Below are positions 34,954 to 35,477 of a stretch of 35,477 bases of DNA, one piece after another; position 1 is the stretch's first letter; every line of letters starts with the position of its first letter. The DNA is taken from UHGV virus genome UHGV-1967114; one strand, 5' to 3'. This DNA is from a virus. The notes beneath the pieces are model-generated. The model saw only the letters and a list, made by a program, of their open reading frames with translations, was not told the origin of the DNA and searched no databases. The translations under genes were made by a program, and so were the position numbers.

Positions 34954-35249
34954 TACTTCTTGCTGATAAACTCTTTAGCGATAAAGTTGATTACTTCTTT
35001 CAGCTTCTTGTCTGTATCGATGCACGCTGGTAATTCTTCTTTAATATCCTGCGGCAGATACACATTCCCTTTAAAGTGGAGGAAACCATCATTACCAATC
35101 ATGTAGGAGAACATCCATTCACAATCGTTATCCGCTTCCCAGAACGCCACGGTCTCATCGTCAATCAAGGTAATGTCCATGTTGCGACGTGCTGCGTAGT
35201 TGATGATTGCTTTACCGATGTTCATTGTTGTACCCCCTCGTGTTATCAT
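34953..35249 (-). CDS. Hypothetical protein (98 aa), first gene of attR-proximal two-gene operon
   Basis: ORF begins 18 nt inside attR; RBS GGGGGT; no recognizable motif. Confidence 0.55.
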   Translation of the reverse strand: MITRGGTTMNIGKAIINYAARRNMDITLIDDETVAFWEADNDCEWMFSYMIGNDGFLHFKGNVYLPQDIKEELPACIDTDKKLKEVINFIAKEFISKK

Positions 35250-35267
35250 GGGTACATGATATTAGGG

Positions 35268-35381
<114 letters not shown>

Positions 35382-35459
35382 TTACAGTTAACGAAAAGTT
35401 GTCATTTTTAACAACTGATATAGACTGCCGAATCATCTGCACATAATTACGATTCGATA

Positions 35460-35477
35460 ATGAAAAAATACCAGCAG
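35460..35477 (+). CDS. Start of a downstream host gene (partial, MKKYQQ...)
   Basis: ATG at 35460 at window edge; only 6 codons visible. Confidence 0.25.

Larger units (their letters stand above)
239..35267. mobile_element. Integrated temperate siphovirus-like prophage (~35 kb) with lambda-like head/tail module and serine recombinase
   Basis: Contiguous terminase, portal, capsid, tail tube, tape measure, J-like genes; flanked by two halves of one host gene; recombinase near right end. Confidence 0.85.

Noticed and set aside
35076-35267. 5' part of ORF 35076..35381 as a genuine extended HicB
   Set aside because: This part is antisense to 34953..35249 and lies inside the prophage; only 35268..35381 corresponds to hicB. 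The long ORF is a chance in-frame fusion across attR.

Overview
This window reads as a ~35 kb siphovirus-type prophage (about 239..35267) inserted inside a host hicB-like antitoxin gene; I worked from the sequence and remembered family signatures only, with no database searches. The 5' part of the gene is at the window start (1..263) and its 3' remnant at the window end (35268..35381); a single XRE-type helix-turn-helix motif is split across the two junctions (...QQELARRIG | KPKQEITRLFN...). The junctions share only an AA dinucleotide, and a large serine recombinase gene (32042..33721, minus) sits near the right end, consistent with serine-integrase insertion. Left to right the element carries: a secreted DUF1311-like protein, a Nu1-like small terminase candidate, a long non-coding region with an array of eight TTTTTGCCCCTGAAA direct repeats, an early/regulatory block (Rha-like antirepressor, small HTH-like paralogs), then a lambda-like late operon (terminase large subunit, portal, a protease-scaffold-capsid fusion, connector proteins, a 1200-aa tail fiber with S74 chaperone domain, gpV-like tail tube protein, frameshifted tail assembly chaperones, tape measure, gpM/L/K-like proteins, a gpJ-like tip protein), a lysis region with an M15 peptidase, and a minus-strand accessory block next to attR. 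The most unusual signal is a homologous Pro/Glu-rich, Lys-rich coding module lying in frame just downstream of the stop codons of both the capsid gene and the tail tube gene, which suggests stop-codon readthrough or translational bypass. No recognizable repressor or replication gene was found.
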